A DNA stretch of 64,000 nt, from positions 699 to 64,698 of the forward strand of contig JAAYKM010000091.1 in assembly GCA_012522415.1 (NCBI GenBank), given 5' to 3'. Positions 18,125 to 27,904 of this stretch are shown here, piece by piece. Positions within the stretch are counted from its first letter, which is position 1, and each line of letters begins with the position of its first letter. The stretch is from Deltaproteobacteria bacterium (GTDB taxonomy: Bacteria > Desulfobacterota > Syntrophia > Syntrophales > JAAYKM01). A program made the translations under genes and the position numbers. The notes beneath the pieces were generated by a model. The model made no database searches. It was given only the letters and a program-made list of their open reading frames with translations, and was not told the DNA's origin.

Positions 18125-19219
18125 GTGAAAAAAACTCCCCTTCATGAACGTCATCTCGCCCTGGGGGCGACCATGATCGACTTCGCCGGCTGGACCATGC
18201 CGGTCTATTACACGGGCATAATCGAGGAACACAAAAGAACCCGGGAAGGGGCCGGCCTGTTCGACATCTGCCACATGGGTGAAATCGATATCACCGGCCC
18301 GGGCGCTTTTGATTTTCTCCAGCTCATTCTGTCCAGAAATCTGGAGGGACAGCAGATCGGTCAGTTGAAACTCAGCGTCATGACAAACGAACGGGGAGGC
18401 ATTCTGGACGACCTGACTTTTTATCTCTTGGGGGATCAGCACTACCGTCTTGTGACCAATGCCGGAAGCAGGGAAAAGGATCTGACCTGGATTCTGAAAG
18501 TCAAAAAAGAATACGGATTCACCAACATTTCGGTGACCGATCGTTCCAATACCATTGGCAAAATCGATCTCCAGGGGCCGAAAGCAGCGGCTATTTTACA
18601 GCCTCACGTTCCCGCTGATCTTTCAACGGTGAAGTTCTACCATTTCGTTTTCTCCAATATTGCCGGCATCGAGACCCTCATTTCACGAAGCGGCTATACC
18701 GGCGAAGACGGTTTTGAAATCTATACCGAAGCCGGCCACGTCACTGTAATATGGGATCTGCTGCTCAAAACCGGAACGGACCATGGTCTCCTTCCTGCCG
18801 GACTGGGCGCCCGGGACACCCTGCGACTTGAATGCGGCATGATGCTCTACGGAAGTGACATTGACGAGGGCAGCACCCCCTTCGAGGCGCTTTACGGCTG
18901 GGTCGTGGACCTGAACAAGCCCTTCATCGGTCGCGACGCCCTGCAACGCCAACAGGTTGAGGGCATCGGGAAAAAACTCATCGGCTTTGAAATGGTGGAC
19001 AAGGGAATCGCCCGCCACGGCTACCGGGTTCTCAAGGAGGGACAAGATGTTGGTGTCGTCACCTCCGGCACCTTCACTCCAACACTTAACCGGGCTATCG
19101 GTCTTGCCTACGTGCCTCCGAGCATGAAGGAGCCCGGCACGGAAATCGATATCGAGATCCGGAACCGGCCGACCCGCGCCCAAGTGGTCAGACTTCCCTT
19201 TTACAGGCGTCCGACATAA
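18125..19219 (+). CDS. gcvT: Glycine cleavage system T protein (aminomethyltransferase)
   Basis: KKTPLHERHLALGATMIDFAGWTMPVYY and SRSGYTGEDGFEI. Probable GTG start at 18125; the ORF is open from 18056. Confidence 0.95.
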   Translation: MKKTPLHERHLALGATMIDFAGWTMPVYYTGIIEEHKRTREGAGLFDICHMGEIDITGPGAFDFLQLILSRNLEGQQIGQLKLSVMTNERGGILDDLTFYLLGDQHYRLVTNAGSREKDLTWILKVKKEYGFTNISVTDRSNTIGKIDLQGPKAAAILQPHVPADLSTVKFYHFVFSNIAGIETLISRSGYTGEDGFEIYTEAGHVTVIWDLLLKTGTDHGLLPAGLGARDTLRLECGMMLYGSDIDEGSTPFEALYGWVVDLNKPFIGRDALQRQQVEGIGKKLIGFEMVDKGIARHGYRVLKEGQDVGVVTSGTFTPTLNRAIGLAYVPPSMKEPGTEIDIEIRNRPTRAQVVRLPFYRRPT

Positions 19220-19288
19220 CTTAGTCTTGAACGAGTCCCGTTTACCGTATAAAGGGAAACGATTTCAGCATTTGGCAAGGAGGATTGT

Positions 19289-19696
19289 ATGACCAAATCC
19301 AACCCGGACGACCGGCGTTACACAAAAGAACACGAGTGGGCCCTCGATAACGGGGACGGCACCATCACCATGGGCATCACCGACCACGCCCAGCATCTCT
19401 TGACGGACATCGTTTACGTGGAACTGCCGGATGTGGGAAAAAAGGTCAAACAGATGGATCCGGTCGCGGTCATCGAATCGGTAAAATCCGTCTCCGATAT
19501 CTACTCCCCCGTGAGCGGTGAAGTTGCCGCCGTCAACGACGTTTTGCAGGACAAACCGGAGCTGGTCAACGAGGATGCCTTTGGCGTTGGCTGGATCGTC
19601 AAAATCACCATGTCCGATCCGGCGGAACTGGATAGCCTCATGAACGCGGCGGCTTACACTGCTCTGACCGCAACGGGAAAAGACGCGGACCATTAA
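19289..19696 (+). CDS. gcvH: Glycine cleavage system H protein
   Basis: YTKEHEW and the lipoyl-lysine motif ESVKSVSDIYSPVSGEV. Confidence 0.95.
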   Translation: MTKSNPDDRRYTKEHEWALDNGDGTITMGITDHAQHLLTDIVYVELPDVGKKVKQMDPVAVIESVKSVSDIYSPVSGEVAAVNDVLQDKPELVNEDAFGVGWIVKITMSDPAELDSLMNAAAYTALTATGKDADH

Positions 19697-19722
19697 CGAC
19701 AACCATCAATCAAGGTGAACTC

Positions 19723-21057
19723 ATGATTTATACGCCGCACACACCGGGCGATACCGCGGACATGCTCAAAACGATCGGGGTTGCCAGTGTTGATGATCTT
19801 TTTCAGGACATCCCGGAGACCTGCAGGCTCTCCGAACTGCCCGATCTCCCTCGCGCTCTCTCCGAACAGGAAGCCTGGCGGCACATGCTGGACTTGAGCG
19901 GGCAAAACACAGTTCCCACCATGACCCTCATGGGAGCCGGGGCCTATCACCACTATATCCCGGCCGTCGTCGGCCACATCATCGGTCGCGCCGAGTTCTA
20001 CACGGCCTACACCCCCTATCAAGCGGAAATAAGCCAGGGGATACTCCAGGCCATTTATGAATACCAAACAATGATCGCCCGTCTCACGGGCCTGCCCGTG
20101 TCGAACGCCTCCATGTAAGACGGGGCATCCGCTATGGCGGAAGGGGTTGTCCTCGCCGGGAAAACCACAAACCGTGACAACATCCTCATCAGCCGGACTG
20201 TTCACCCCGAATACCGCCAAGTCGTCGCCACCTATTGCGCCGCGAACGATTACACATTGGTGGAGATCCCCTACGACGTCTCCGGCAGGGTCGATACGCA
20301 TGCGCTCACGGACACCATCGACGAGAGGACCGCCGCCGTCTGTGTCCAGAGTCCGAATTTTTTTGGCATTATCGAGGATTTTCAGGCAATCGAACCGGTT
20401 ACACACAGCACCGGGGCTCTCCTGATAGCCGCTTTCACCGACGCGACATCCCTGGGGCTTCTGAAACCCGCCGGGGCATGGGGCGCGGATATCGTCTGCG
20501 GTGAAGGCCAGAGCTTCGGCAATCCCCTAAACTACGGCGGCCCCTATCTGGGCATTTTTGCCGCATCGGGCAAACTGCTGCGTAAGATTCCCGGTCGGCT
20601 CTCCGGCATGACCGTTGATCAAGACGGCAACCGGGGCTTCGTCCTGACCCTCCAAGGCAGAGAACAGCATATCCGGCGTGAAAAAGCCACCTCCAACATC
20701 TGCACGAACGAAGCTTTGTGCGCCTTGGCGGCTTCCGTCTACCTGGTCAGTCTGGGGAAAAACCTCAAAAAGCTTTCGGAGTTGAACGTTTACAAGGCCA
20801 TGTATCTCAAGGGGAGACTTGCCGCCCTCCCCGGCTGGGAGACGCCTTTTCCCAGCCCTTGCTATAACGAATTCGTCCTAAACTGCCGGGATCCCGATCA
20901 GGTCAACACCGCCTGGCGGAAGGCGGGTATCATCGGTGGCTATGCTCTGGCTCATGACTATCCCGAACTGCCAAACGGTCTCGTACTCTGTGGAACGGAA
21001 ATGCTCAGCAAAAAAGACATCGACCGGGCCGTGGGTATCGCGGCGCAACTCTCTTAG
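19723..21057 (+). pseudogene. gcvPA: Glycine dehydrogenase (decarboxylating) subunit 1, interrupted by an in-frame TAA at 20116-20118
   Basis: Two same-frame ORFs (19723-20118 and 20134-21057) together make a full-length GcvPA. The stop sits where the conserved Tyr of ANASM-Y-DGA is expected (AAC GCC TCC ATG TAA GAC GGG GCA). Confidence 0.85.
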
Positions 21058-21072
21058 GGAAAGAAAACGGAA

Positions 21073-22512
21073 ATGGATCTGATCTTCGAAAAAAGTCAAC
21101 CCGGTCGCAGAGCCTCGGAAATTCCCGACAACGACGTCCCCCCGGTGTCTCTGAACGAGGCAATCGGCGAGGGATTCCTCCGGGAAGATGTCGATCTGCC
21201 GGAAGTGAGCGAACTAGACCTGGTTCGGCACTACACGGCCCTTTCCCGGCGGAATTTTGGCGTGGATCTGGGATTTTACCCCTTGGGTTCCTGTACCATG
21301 AAGTACAACCCCAAGATTACGGAGGAGGTGGCAAAACTACCCGGATTTACTGGGCTCCATCCGTACGCTCCGGAGACCTTCTGCCAAGGGAACCTTGCTC
21401 TCATGGATGAGCTCCGTTCGATGCTCTGCGAACTCTTCGGCATGGCCGATTTTGCCCTCCAGCCCTCCGCCGGGGCGCAGGGGGAGCTGACGGGCATCAT
21501 GATCTGTCGCAAATATTTCGAGAAAAAGGGTGAAAAGCGGAACCGCCTCCTCATTCCCGACACCGCCCACGGCACCAACCCCGCATCCGGCGCCCTCTGC
21601 GGTTTTGAAACCGTAACCATCCCCTCCGGTTCGGACGGCGGAGTAGATCTGAATGCACTCGAGTCGGCCATGACGGAAGACGCGGCAGGCTTGATGCTGA
21701 CCAATCCGAATACCCTGGGCCTTTTTGAAAATAACATCGTCGATGTGGCCCGAATCGTCCACAGACGGGGAGGACTCCTCTACTGCGATGGGGCCAATGC
21801 CAACGCCTTCCTCGGGAGAACCCGTCCCGGTGACACCGGTTTTGATCTGATCCAGATCAACCTCCACAAAACCTTTTCGTCCCCTCACGGCGGCGGGGGA
21901 CCTGGCAGCGGTCCCATCGGGGTCGGCGCGAAACTGACGCCCTTCCTTCCTGTGCCCCGCATCGTCAGGGATGGCGACCGCTATACCCTGCGGGAAGACT
22001 ATCCCGACACGATAGGCCGCATGAAGGCTTTCCACGGAAACTTCAACGTCATGGTGAAAGCCTACACCTACCTGCGCCTCCTCGGCGCAGCGGGCCTGAA
22101 GCAGACGAGCGACATGGCCGTCCTGAACGCTAATTACATCAAGGCGCGCCTGACTCCGTATTATGACCTCCCTTATGAACGGACGTGTATGCACGAATGT
22201 GTTTTTTCCGGAAGCCGCCAGGCCAAAGGCCACGGAGTCCACACCCTGGATATTGCCAAACGGATCCTGGACTACGGTTTTCATCCGCCGACGATCTATT
22301 TCCCCCTGATCGTGCCGGAAGCGATTATGATCGAACCCACAGAGACAGAGAGCAAAGAGACCCTGGACGCCTTCTGCGACGCCATGATCGCCATCGCGAA
22401 GGAGGTACGAGAAAATCCGGGTCTGGTCAGGGGGGCTCCGTATACAACAGCAGTCAAACGCCTGGATGATGTTCTGGCCGCACGGAAACCGAACATCTGC
22501 TGGTCTGAATAA
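21073..22512 (+). CDS. gcvPB: Glycine dehydrogenase (decarboxylating) subunit 2
   Basis: 479 aa. PLGSCTMKYNP, and NLHKTFS containing the PLP-lysine. Confidence 0.95.
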   Translation: MDLIFEKSQPGRRASEIPDNDVPPVSLNEAIGEGFLREDVDLPEVSELDLVRHYTALSRRNFGVDLGFYPLGSCTMKYNPKITEEVAKLPGFTGLHPYAPETFCQGNLALMDELRSMLCELFGMADFALQPSAGAQGELTGIMICRKYFEKKGEKRNRLLIPDTAHGTNPASGALCGFETVTIPSGSDGGVDLNALESAMTEDAAGLMLTNPNTLGLFENNIVDVARIVHRRGGLLYCDGANANAFLGRTRPGDTGFDLIQINLHKTFSSPHGGGGPGSGPIGVGAKLTPFLPVPRIVRDGDRYTLREDYPDTIGRMKAFHGNFNVMVKAYTYLRLLGAAGLKQTSDMAVLNANYIKARLTPYYDLPYERTCMHECVFSGSRQAKGHGVHTLDIAKRILDYGFHPPTIYFPLIVPEAIMIEPTETESKETLDAFCDAMIAIAKEVRENPGLVRGAPYTTAVKRLDDVLAARKPNICWSE

Positions 22513-22527
22513 CGGGAGACAGGCTGG

Positions 22528-23385
22528 ATGACCGTTGCCGCTCCAATCGTGAAAAAACCACCGTGGCTGAAAACCCGTCTGCCACAGGCAGGTGAGATGA
22601 GGGAAATAAGCCGTCTGCTTTCCGCCTGCCGTCTTTATACGATCTGTCAGGAAGCACGCTGTCCCAACATGGCGGAATGTTTCCAGTCGGGAACGGCCAC
22701 ATTCCTTATCCTGGGAGATTGCTGCACCCGTAATTGCGGCTACTGCAACGTGCGTTACGGCAATCCGGAAACAGTGGACACGGAGGAACCGGAGCGTCTT
22801 GTCTCGGCCGTTGGACATCTTGGCCTTTCTTACGTTGTTATGACATCGGTCAGCCGGGATGATCTGTCGGACGGCGGCGCATCTCAGTTCGCGCATTGCA
22901 TCCGGCGGATCGGGGAGGCCTATCCCGCCTGCACTGTCGAGGTATTGATTCCTGATTTCCAGGGTTCATTTTCGGCGCTTCAGACTGTTATGGAAGCAGC
23001 CCCAGCAGTGATCAACCACAACATGGAGGTCTGTGAAAGTCTTTTCAGTACATTGAGACCGGCAGGCAATTACCGCCGATCACTGGAACTCCTGCAGTGT
23101 GTACGTGAACACACCCAGGACATTATCACCAAAAGCGGCATTATGGTCGGTCTTGGCGAGAATAAGGACCAGATCATCCGGCTCATGGAAGAGCTACGGG
23201 CAACAGGCTGTCAGCGGTTGACCATCGGCCAGTATCTGCAACCGACACGAAACCACTGGCCGGTCCGAAAATACTATCATCCCGACGAATTCGCCGATTT
23301 CCGGCAGATTGCGCTGGACATGAAATTCGAATCCGTCATGGCGGGTCCCCTCGTCCGAAGTTCTTACCATGCGGCGGGTATGTGA
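22528..23385 (+). CDS. lipA: Lipoyl synthase
   Basis: CPNMAEC auxiliary cluster and radical-SAM CTRNCGYC. Confidence 0.95.
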   Translation: MTVAAPIVKKPPWLKTRLPQAGEMREISRLLSACRLYTICQEARCPNMAECFQSGTATFLILGDCCTRNCGYCNVRYGNPETVDTEEPERLVSAVGHLGLSYVVMTSVSRDDLSDGGASQFAHCIRRIGEAYPACTVEVLIPDFQGSFSALQTVMEAAPAVINHNMEVCESLFSTLRPAGNYRRSLELLQCVREHTQDIITKSGIMVGLGENKDQIIRLMEELRATGCQRLTIGQYLQPTRNHWPVRKYYHPDEFADFRQIALDMKFESVMAGPLVRSSYHAAGM

Positions 23386-23397
23386 AAGGGAAAAACC

Positions 23398-24747
23398 ATG
23401 AGCTACGATCTGATCGTCATCGGCGCGGGTCCGGGAGGACATGCCACCGCTCTGGAGGCGGCGCACCTGGGCCGGAAGGTCCTGATCATCGAAAACGGAG
23501 AATGGGGGGGGACCTGCACGCACAGGGGCTGCATTCCCACAAAAGCCCTCTTGGCCTGCAGCCGTCGTTACCTGGAAACCGAGTCCTGGAAAAGGCTCGG
23601 AATCACCGTGGAAAATGTCCGGTTTGACTTCAGCGCCGCCCGGCGTCATCAGCGCCAAATGATCCAACTATCGACCCTGGGTATCCGTAAATCCCTTCAG
23701 GACCAGGGGGTTACAACCTTGGAAGGAGAGGCCGTGATTGTGGCACCCGGCGAAGTTGCCGTAACCGATTCACTGGGCAAAACGGTCCACGCGAAAGGGA
23801 GTAACGTGGTTATTTCCTGGGGATCCAAGGCCTCCCCTCTGCCGCATATCCCTTTCAGCACCCGTGTCATCAACTCGGACACCCTCCTGCAGATGGACAC
23901 CCTGCCGAAAAGTCTGATCGCGATCGGCGGCGGCGCCATCGGCGTAGAATTTGCGACATTTTTGGCCGAGGTCGGAACGCAAGTAACCTTGATCGAATGT
24001 CTTGCACAGATCCTGCCTTACGAGGATCCCGACGTCGCTGACTACCTGACAGGGGAGATGAAAAAAAAGGGGATCGAAATTCATACGGCCACATCTGTCA
24101 AGGAGATCGTTGAAGCGCCTGGACATGTGACGTTGGAGACGCACCAAGGAGAGCGGACTTTGCAGCTTTCAGCAGAGTATGTCCTCGTCTGCACGGGCCG
24201 TCTCCCTCACCTGAGGGAGACGGAACTGAAACGATTGGGCATCGCCTACAGCAGCAGGGGGATAGGAATCGATTCTCGTCTGGAAACGTCTGTGCCGGGA
24301 ATTTATGCCGTCGGCGATGTCACGGGGGGCATCCTGCTGGCTCACCGGGCCGTAGCCCAGGGAAGGTCCGTCGTTCGGAGCCTCTTCGGCGAATCAGACA
24401 CACATTACACGGATGATGCCGTTCCCGTTGTCGTCTATTCACATCCTCCCGTGGCCCGGGTCGGCCTCACGGAGAGAAGAGCCCGTGAGCTGGGCATCAA
24501 CGCCGAAGTCAGAAAAAAAGATTACGGTGCCAATATGATCGCACGGACCGAACTGCTTGGTAGGGGATTCGTCAAGACAATCTTTCACGAAAGCCGTCTC
24601 ATCGGTGCCGCCATAGCCGGCGAACAGGCACCCGATCTCATTTCATCCCTGAGTCTCGCTGTGGGCAACAAAATGACCGAGCGTGAACTGAAAAACTGGA
24701 TTATACCGCATCCAACACTTTCCGAGTTGCTTGGTTGTCACAACTAG
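23398..24747 (+). CDS. lpdA: Dihydrolipoyl dehydrogenase (L protein / E3)
   Basis: GAGPGG FAD fold, redox disulfide GGTCTHRGCIPTK and C-terminal HPTLSE. Confidence 0.9.
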   Translation: MSYDLIVIGAGPGGHATALEAAHLGRKVLIIENGEWGGTCTHRGCIPTKALLACSRRYLETESWKRLGITVENVRFDFSAARRHQRQMIQLSTLGIRKSLQDQGVTTLEGEAVIVAPGEVAVTDSLGKTVHAKGSNVVISWGSKASPLPHIPFSTRVINSDTLLQMDTLPKSLIAIGGGAIGVEFATFLAEVGTQVTLIECLAQILPYEDPDVADYLTGEMKKKGIEIHTATSVKEIVEAPGHVTLETHQGERTLQLSAEYVLVCTGRLPHLRETELKRLGIAYSSRGIGIDSRLETSVPGIYAVGDVTGGILLAHRAVAQGRSVVRSLFGESDTHYTDDAVPVVVYSHPPVARVGLTERRARELGINAEVRKKDYGANMIARTELLGRGFVKTIFHESRLIGAAIAGEQAPDLISSLSLAVGNKMTERELKNWIIPHPTLSELLGCHN

Positions 24748-24762
24748 GCCGTCCAAAATACA

Positions 24763-25974
24763 TCAGTGAACAGATGGATTGCCTCGCTTCATTTTGATTG
24801 CGAAAGCAGCTGCCCCAAGCATGCATCCCATACCACCGGCCAGAAAGACCAACTGGATATTGAGGAGATCGGTCAAAACACCCGCAAGAAGATTGCCGAA
24901 AGGCAGGAACCCCATAATTGAAAAGATGAGCAGGCTCACCACCCTTCCCCGCTTGCTTTCCTCGACAACCATCTGGACTTCGGTATTGCTCGCGGCGAAA
25001 TGGAAGGCCATGCTCAGACCCGCTAAAAACATGCAACCAAGCGCCAAGGTGACAGAACGACAGGCGGCCAACCCAATAAAACCGGCACCGACACCCGCTA
25101 TTGCCAGAGGAATGACTTTCATCAGGTCTCTTTTCGGAGGTTTTGCGGCAAAGTAAAGTGCCCCGACCAGGGCGCCGGCGCCCATGGCGGACATCAGGAG
25201 TCCCAAGGTTCGGGGGCCTCCGTGGAGAACCTCAGTCGCATAAACGGGCATAATGCTCACATAAGGGATACCCAGAATCCCCCCCAAGGCCATTAACAGG
25301 AGAATCGCCCGGATTCTCTTGTCATGGTAAGCATACACCAGCCCGTTCCATAACTCCCGAATGATGCCATGCGTTATCCTTGGCAGGGGATTGTGTGCCA
25401 TGCGCATACTGCAAAGGGCGGCGATCACGGCGATATACCCCAAACCGTTTAACAGAAAACAAACCCCCTCACCGGACCATGCAATCAAAAAGCCCGCTAC
25501 GGGAGGCCCAATCAGGCGGGCAAAGTTGAAAATGGCAGAGTTCATAGCGATCACATAGGCCAGGTCTTCCCGCCGCTCCACCATATCGGATACGAAGGCG
25601 TGCCGAACCGGCATATCCACGGCACCGACACAACCCAGGACAAGGGCTAAAAACAGGATAGGCCAGATCTGCTCAAAACCGGCCAGAACGAACGTAGCAA
25701 GCGCCAAGGCCTGCGCCATGGAAACGACCTGGGTAAAAAGAAGAATACGATAGCGGCTCCATCGATCTGACAGGACGCCGGCAAAAGGTGTTAGAAAAAA
25801 GGAAGGGATCATTCCCAGAAACCCGACCGTTCCCAAGAGCACAGCGGAATGGGTCAAACGATAGACCAGCCAGGTCACCGCAACATGCTGCATCCATATT
25901 CCGGTCAGGGAAACGCATTGACCGAAAAAGAAGAGACGGTAGTTTCGATAGTACAGGGCGCGAAATATCAACAT
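24763..25974 (-). CDS. MFS transporter
   Basis: 403 aa, about 12 predicted TM helices, and a DRWSRYR loop motif between TM2 and TM3. Confidence 0.85.
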   Translation of the reverse strand: MLIFRALYYRNYRLFFFGQCVSLTGIWMQHVAVTWLVYRLTHSAVLLGTVGFLGMIPSFFLTPFAGVLSDRWSRYRILLFTQVVSMAQALALATFVLAGFEQIWPILFLALVLGCVGAVDMPVRHAFVSDMVERREDLAYVIAMNSAIFNFARLIGPPVAGFLIAWSGEGVCFLLNGLGYIAVIAALCSMRMAHNPLPRITHGIIRELWNGLVYAYHDKRIRAILLLMALGGILGIPYVSIMPVYATEVLHGGPRTLGLLMSAMGAGALVGALYFAAKPPKRDLMKVIPLAIAGVGAGFIGLAACRSVTLALGCMFLAGLSMAFHFAASNTEVQMVVEESKRGRVVSLLIFSIMGFLPFGNLLAGVLTDLLNIQLVFLAGGMGCMLGAAAFAIKMKRGNPSVH

Positions 25975-26193
25975 AGGGTATGAGGACTCAGGGGTTGTTC
26001 AATTATGGACTCATCGAACTCTATTATTTATTTAATGCCATGTTACAGACACGATGTCAGGGGGACAAACAAAACGAACGCGGCGATAGCAATCACAACG
26101 ATCCAGGAAGGAATTCATACGTAAGTATCTGAATTCATTTGCTTATCAGGTGTTTTTATGACAGAACGACACCCGACAAGGTTTCCGGACGGA

Positions 26194-27192
26194 TTACTTT
26201 TCACGGCAGTGATCTTTTAAAGCGGCAATATCGGCGGGAGTCAGATCAAAGGATGCGCCATCAGGAACGAGGCGGTGCATCACGGCATAAGGATAGTCGT
26301 TGTGGTCAAGTCCCAGAGCATGACCTAACTCATGCACCAGAACCCGGATCAGGCCTTTTTCTCCATCGAACTGATAAATGGTGATGTGTTCTTTCATGCC
26401 CTCTTTGGCATATCGCCCCTTCTGAAATTCTTCGCCCAGTCTATTACCCTCCTCACGGTAGGACATCGCGCCGAGATTATGCTCCGAGACAATCTCCCCC
26501 ATGGAAACGGTCATGCTTTCAAGGGTCTCCGCCATGCGCCTCAGTTCAGCCCGCCTTGCTTGCAGATGCGTACGAAGCGCATACAGATATTCTTTTCCCC
26601 GCATGAAATCCTGCTCATCGCCGTCCGATATCCCCCCACGACGCCGCCTGGACTCATGTTTATCATTAAATTCTCCTACTTGAGCATTGTATTTACTCAA
26701 GTCTTCTTCCAAATTCTTTTTTTTCTCCTCAAATTCCGCTTTTAATGCCTCGAAGCGCACCCTCAAATCCTCATAGCAATCCCGGGTATCTTGGATGTCG
26801 GAACGCAATTTCTTCAATTTTTCCATTGCTTCCTGCCGGTAGTCGTACACGAGGCTGATCACGATTTTTCCATTCGCCTCCTCGCGGAACAGCTCACGTG
26901 ACAGCGGCGTTCCCCAAACGGAAGCCGCCTTTGCGACCAGACGGGAGAATTCCTGTCGGCTGAAACCAAAACGCTCGTCGACCGTGCCAATGCGATAGGT
27001 CAAAGGTTCCTTACAGGGACCCGTTGTTCTGAAAAGAAACAGAAACACAGCGGCCAAAATCATAAGAAAAATGATGGGCAACAAACGAAACGATCCCTTT
27101 TCAAACCGTAAAATCGAACGTTTCCCTGAACAACGGAACCAGCGCCCGTTCTTAGAAAACTCCTCCCGATCCCTCCTTGCCCAATCCACCAT
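26194..27192 (-). CDS. Membrane-anchored matrixin-family zinc metalloprotease with a coiled-coil segment
   Basis: HELGHALGLDH (HExxHxxGxxH) plus the Met-turn AVMH at the C-terminus, a TM anchor LLPIIFLMILAAVFLFLF, and a charged heptad-rich middle. The ATG at 27192 lies 17 nt after the upstream gene's stop; the ORF is open to 27375. Confidence 0.8.
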   Translation of the reverse strand: MVDWARRDREEFSKNGRWFRCSGKRSILRFEKGSFRLLPIIFLMILAAVFLFLFRTTGPCKEPLTYRIGTVDERFGFSRQEFSRLVAKAASVWGTPLSRELFREEANGKIVISLVYDYRQEAMEKLKKLRSDIQDTRDCYEDLRVRFEALKAEFEEKKKNLEEDLSKYNAQVGEFNDKHESRRRRGGISDGDEQDFMRGKEYLYALRTHLQARRAELRRMAETLESMTVSMGEIVSEHNLGAMSYREEGNRLGEEFQKGRYAKEGMKEHITIYQFDGEKGLIRVLVHELGHALGLDHNDYPYAVMHRLVPDGASFDLTPADIAALKDHCREK

Positions 27193-27208
27193 CACGCCAC
27201 TGAACCGG

Positions 27209-27739
27209 CTAACGATATTTCTCGATGATATCATGCAATCTTTGAGTGGCCGCATCCATCGTATCTGTATTGAGAATGTATTCATCCGCCAGAGCAATGG
27301 GAATCGCCGCGCCGTAATCGATTTCCCGCTGATCCCTCTCATGGAAGGCATCGGGAGAATCATCGCTCCGACCACGCAAACAAATCCGCTGACGGCGTAG
27401 ATCCATCGGTGCCAGGAAAGCGATGACGACGGCGGTGGCTTTCTGGCGGATCAGAGTAATCTCCGGCCAGGAACGCATCCCCTCCAGCATCACAACGGGT
27501 GCACTGATTTGCAGCGCTGTTTCCAAGGCCAACCGGGTTACCCCCATCCCGTCTTTCCCGCGTAACTCATTGGAAATATATGCTATATTTTCCGCTGTCG
27601 CCTCAATTCCACGGGATACAAGTTCAGCTCTAACCAAATCCCCTGTAGCGAAATAGGGAATCCCCCGGAATGCCGCATAGTCCCGGGCCAAATTCTTACC
27701 CGCCGCAGGCATTCCAACAATCACAAATATTTTCATCAT
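27209..27739 (-). CDS. P-loop nucleotide kinase, archaeal UPF0200-like
   Basis: Walker A GMPAAGK, and RGRSDDSPDAFHERDQRE..G....IALADEYILN, which resembles the UPF0200 family as I remember it. Confidence 0.65.
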   Translation of the reverse strand: MMKIFVIVGMPAAGKNLARDYAAFRGIPYFATGDLVRAELVSRGIEATAENIAYISNELRGKDGMGVTRLALETALQISAPVVMLEGMRSWPEITLIRQKATAVVIAFLAPMDLRRQRICLRGRSDDSPDAFHERDQREIDYGAAIPIALADEYILNTDTMDAATQRLHDIIEKYR

Positions 27740-27904
27740 ATTACCCTCGATCCGAATCAAATCGGTGTACGCTGGGGTTTCTCTCGATGAAACCGGAAAT
27801 CTTTACCCACCCTATGGTTACGTCGAGGGGATAGTGATATGGAGATGTGGCGGTCACGGACGAATGGGGAAGACCTCTTGGAAATCGGGGATACACCGCA
27901 ATAC

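Noticed and set aside
20116-20118. The TAA in gcvPA as evidence of stop-codon reassignment.
   Set aside because: TAA clearly terminates other well-defined genes in the window, for example the TonB-dependent receptor at 2221-2223 and rpsI at 11627-11629.
21337-22896. A 519-aa minus-strand ORF spanning gcvPB and lipA. Similar long antisense ORFs occur at 172-1278, 19693-20406, 47784-48746, 50350-51678 and 53452-54036.
   Set aside because: They lie fully antisense to genes with unmistakable conserved motifs. Their translations are low-complexity and Arg/Gly/Pro-rich, and they lack SD sequences. They are typical shadow ORFs produced by codon bias.
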